From Sphyrna mokarran (taxonomy: Eukaryota), in the NCBI GenBank assembly GCA_024679065.1, contig JAGIQG010000011.1, forward strand, positions 3,906,001-3,970,000: a stretch of 64,000 nt of DNA. Reading direction: 5' to 3'. Every line of letters begins with the position of its first letter. Position 1 is the stretch's first letter. The translations under genes were made by a program, and so were the position numbers. The notes below the pieces were generated by a model. That model made no database searches. It was not told the DNA's origin and saw only the letters and a program-made list of their open reading frames with translations. Positions 62,625 through 64,000 of this stretch are shown here, piece after piece.

Positions 62625-63718
62625 AGAGATAACAGAGAAAGAGATAGAGAATCTGACGAACTGATGTGATGACAATAATCTCTCCCTCAATGTCAGCAAA
62701 ATGAAGGAGATAATTATCAACTTCAGGAAACGTAATGGAGGACATCCCCATCTACATCAACAGGGCTGAAATGGAAATGGTCAAGACCTTCAAGTTTTTA
62801 AGTGTCCAGATCACCAACAATCTGTCCTCGTCCCTCCACCTCACCACTACAGTTAATAGAACCCACCAATGCCTCTACATTTTCAGGAGCTAAAGAAATT
62901 TGGATGTCTGCTACAGCCAAATTTTTACAGATGCACCATAGAAAGCATTCCTTTTGGTTATATTACAGCTTGGTATGGCTCCTGCCATTCCAGATCAAGA
63001 TTGTAAGAAACAACAAAGGGTTATGAATGAAGTCCAGTCCATCATGCAAACCAGCCTCCCACCTCTTGACTCTGTCTACACTTTCCACTGTCTTGGACAA
63101 ACAGCCAGCATAATCATGGACCCCATGCACCCCAGGTATATTCCCTTCCACTGTCTTCTGTCGGAAAAAAGATATAGTCTGAGGTCATGAGCCAACAGAC
63201 TCAAGAACAGCCTTTTCCCTACTGCCATCAGATTTTTGAATGGACATACTATGTATTAAGTTGATCTTTCTCTGTACCCTGGCTATAACTAACATGGTAC
63301 AGGGGCACAGTGGTTAACATTGCTGTCTCGTAGCACCAGGGACACAAGTTTGATTCCTGGTTTAGGTCACTTTCCGTATGGAGTTTGCACATTCTCCATG
63401 TGTCTCTGTGGATTTCCACCAGGTGCTCCAGTTCCCTCTCACAGTCCAAAGATGTGGTGGATTGGCCGTGCTAAATTGCCCCTTGGTGTCAGGGAGAGTA
63501 CCAACGGTAAATGCATGGGGTTATGGGGATAGGGCCTGGTTGGGATTGTGGTCAGTGCAGCCTCCTTCTGCATTGTAGGATTCTATGATACTACATTCTG
63601 CACCCTCTCCTCTTCTTCTCTATGTATGGTATACTTTGTCTGTATAGCATGCAAGAAACAATATTTTTCACTGTATACCAATACTTGTGACAATAATAAA
63701 TCAAATCAAATTAAATCA
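62625..63718 (+). mobile_element. Rex1/Babar LINE 3' fragment split by a SINE
   Basis: NNLSLNVSKMKEIIINFRK and FYRCTIESI motifs; (AAATC)n tail. Confidence 0.82.
63295..63590 (+). mobile_element. HE1-like SINE nested in the Rex1 3' UTR
   Basis: Head GGCACAGTGGTTAACATTGCTG; tail GTAGGATTCTATGATA; the Rex1 sequence resumes at CTACATTCTGC. Confidence 0.82.
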
Positions 63719-64000
63719 TACACATCAAAAAAGCTTGGTGGTATCATTCACTTAAACATCTGCATTCCCTTAGTGAAGATTTTTTTTTCCATGAATTTGT
63801 TGAATCAAATCTATTTAAGTGATATGAGCTCCACATGCAGTTACAAGGGAATTGAAGGTAATATGTGCTACATAAAATACTCACCAATAATCACTTCAAA
63901 AAGGAAAATGAAAAATCATTCACTAATTTTCTTATAATTATTGTGCTTTGCATCTCTGTAACATAGGAATCTGACTGCTGTAATGGAACTGTATTCTGTG

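Noticed and set aside
234-63590. tRNA-like box A/B motifs as real tRNA genes; recurring repeats as a CRISPR-like array
   Set aside because: All are heads of dispersed SINEs with no full cloverleaf and no regular repeat-spacer period, in a eukaryotic context.

Overview
Vertebrate genomic DNA, AT-rich and repeat-dense. The SINE and LINE families point to a cartilaginous fish (shark). Three spliced protein-coding genes can be assembled by hand with canonical GT-AG junctions and consistent reading frames. (1) LCMT2/TYW4 on + has 12 coding exons from 1815 to 24654; its N-terminal exon(s) were not found and probably lie left of the window. (2) A complete 3-exon gamma-S-type crystallin (CRYGS) lies on - from 38879 to 30529 (174 aa) with a TATA box. 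(3) TBCCD1 on - has 6 coding exons from 56115 to 42961 (552 aa). The rest is mostly transposable elements: about 15 tRNA-derived SINEs, CR1, Rex1 and RTE LINE fragments, solo-LTR-like segments, Penelope-like fragments with degenerate hammerhead-ribozyme cores, and a full-length but decayed PIF/Harbinger transposon (56351-62281, 13-bp TIRs, TGT target duplication). Most short ORFs in the supplied track are non-coding noise or TE relics. I found no unambiguous new biological system. The best leads are a near-perfect inverted repeat bracketing one LCMT2 exon, the hammerhead relics, the intron-rich LCMT2 locus and the divergent crystallin. All family assignments come from recalled motifs, not database searches.
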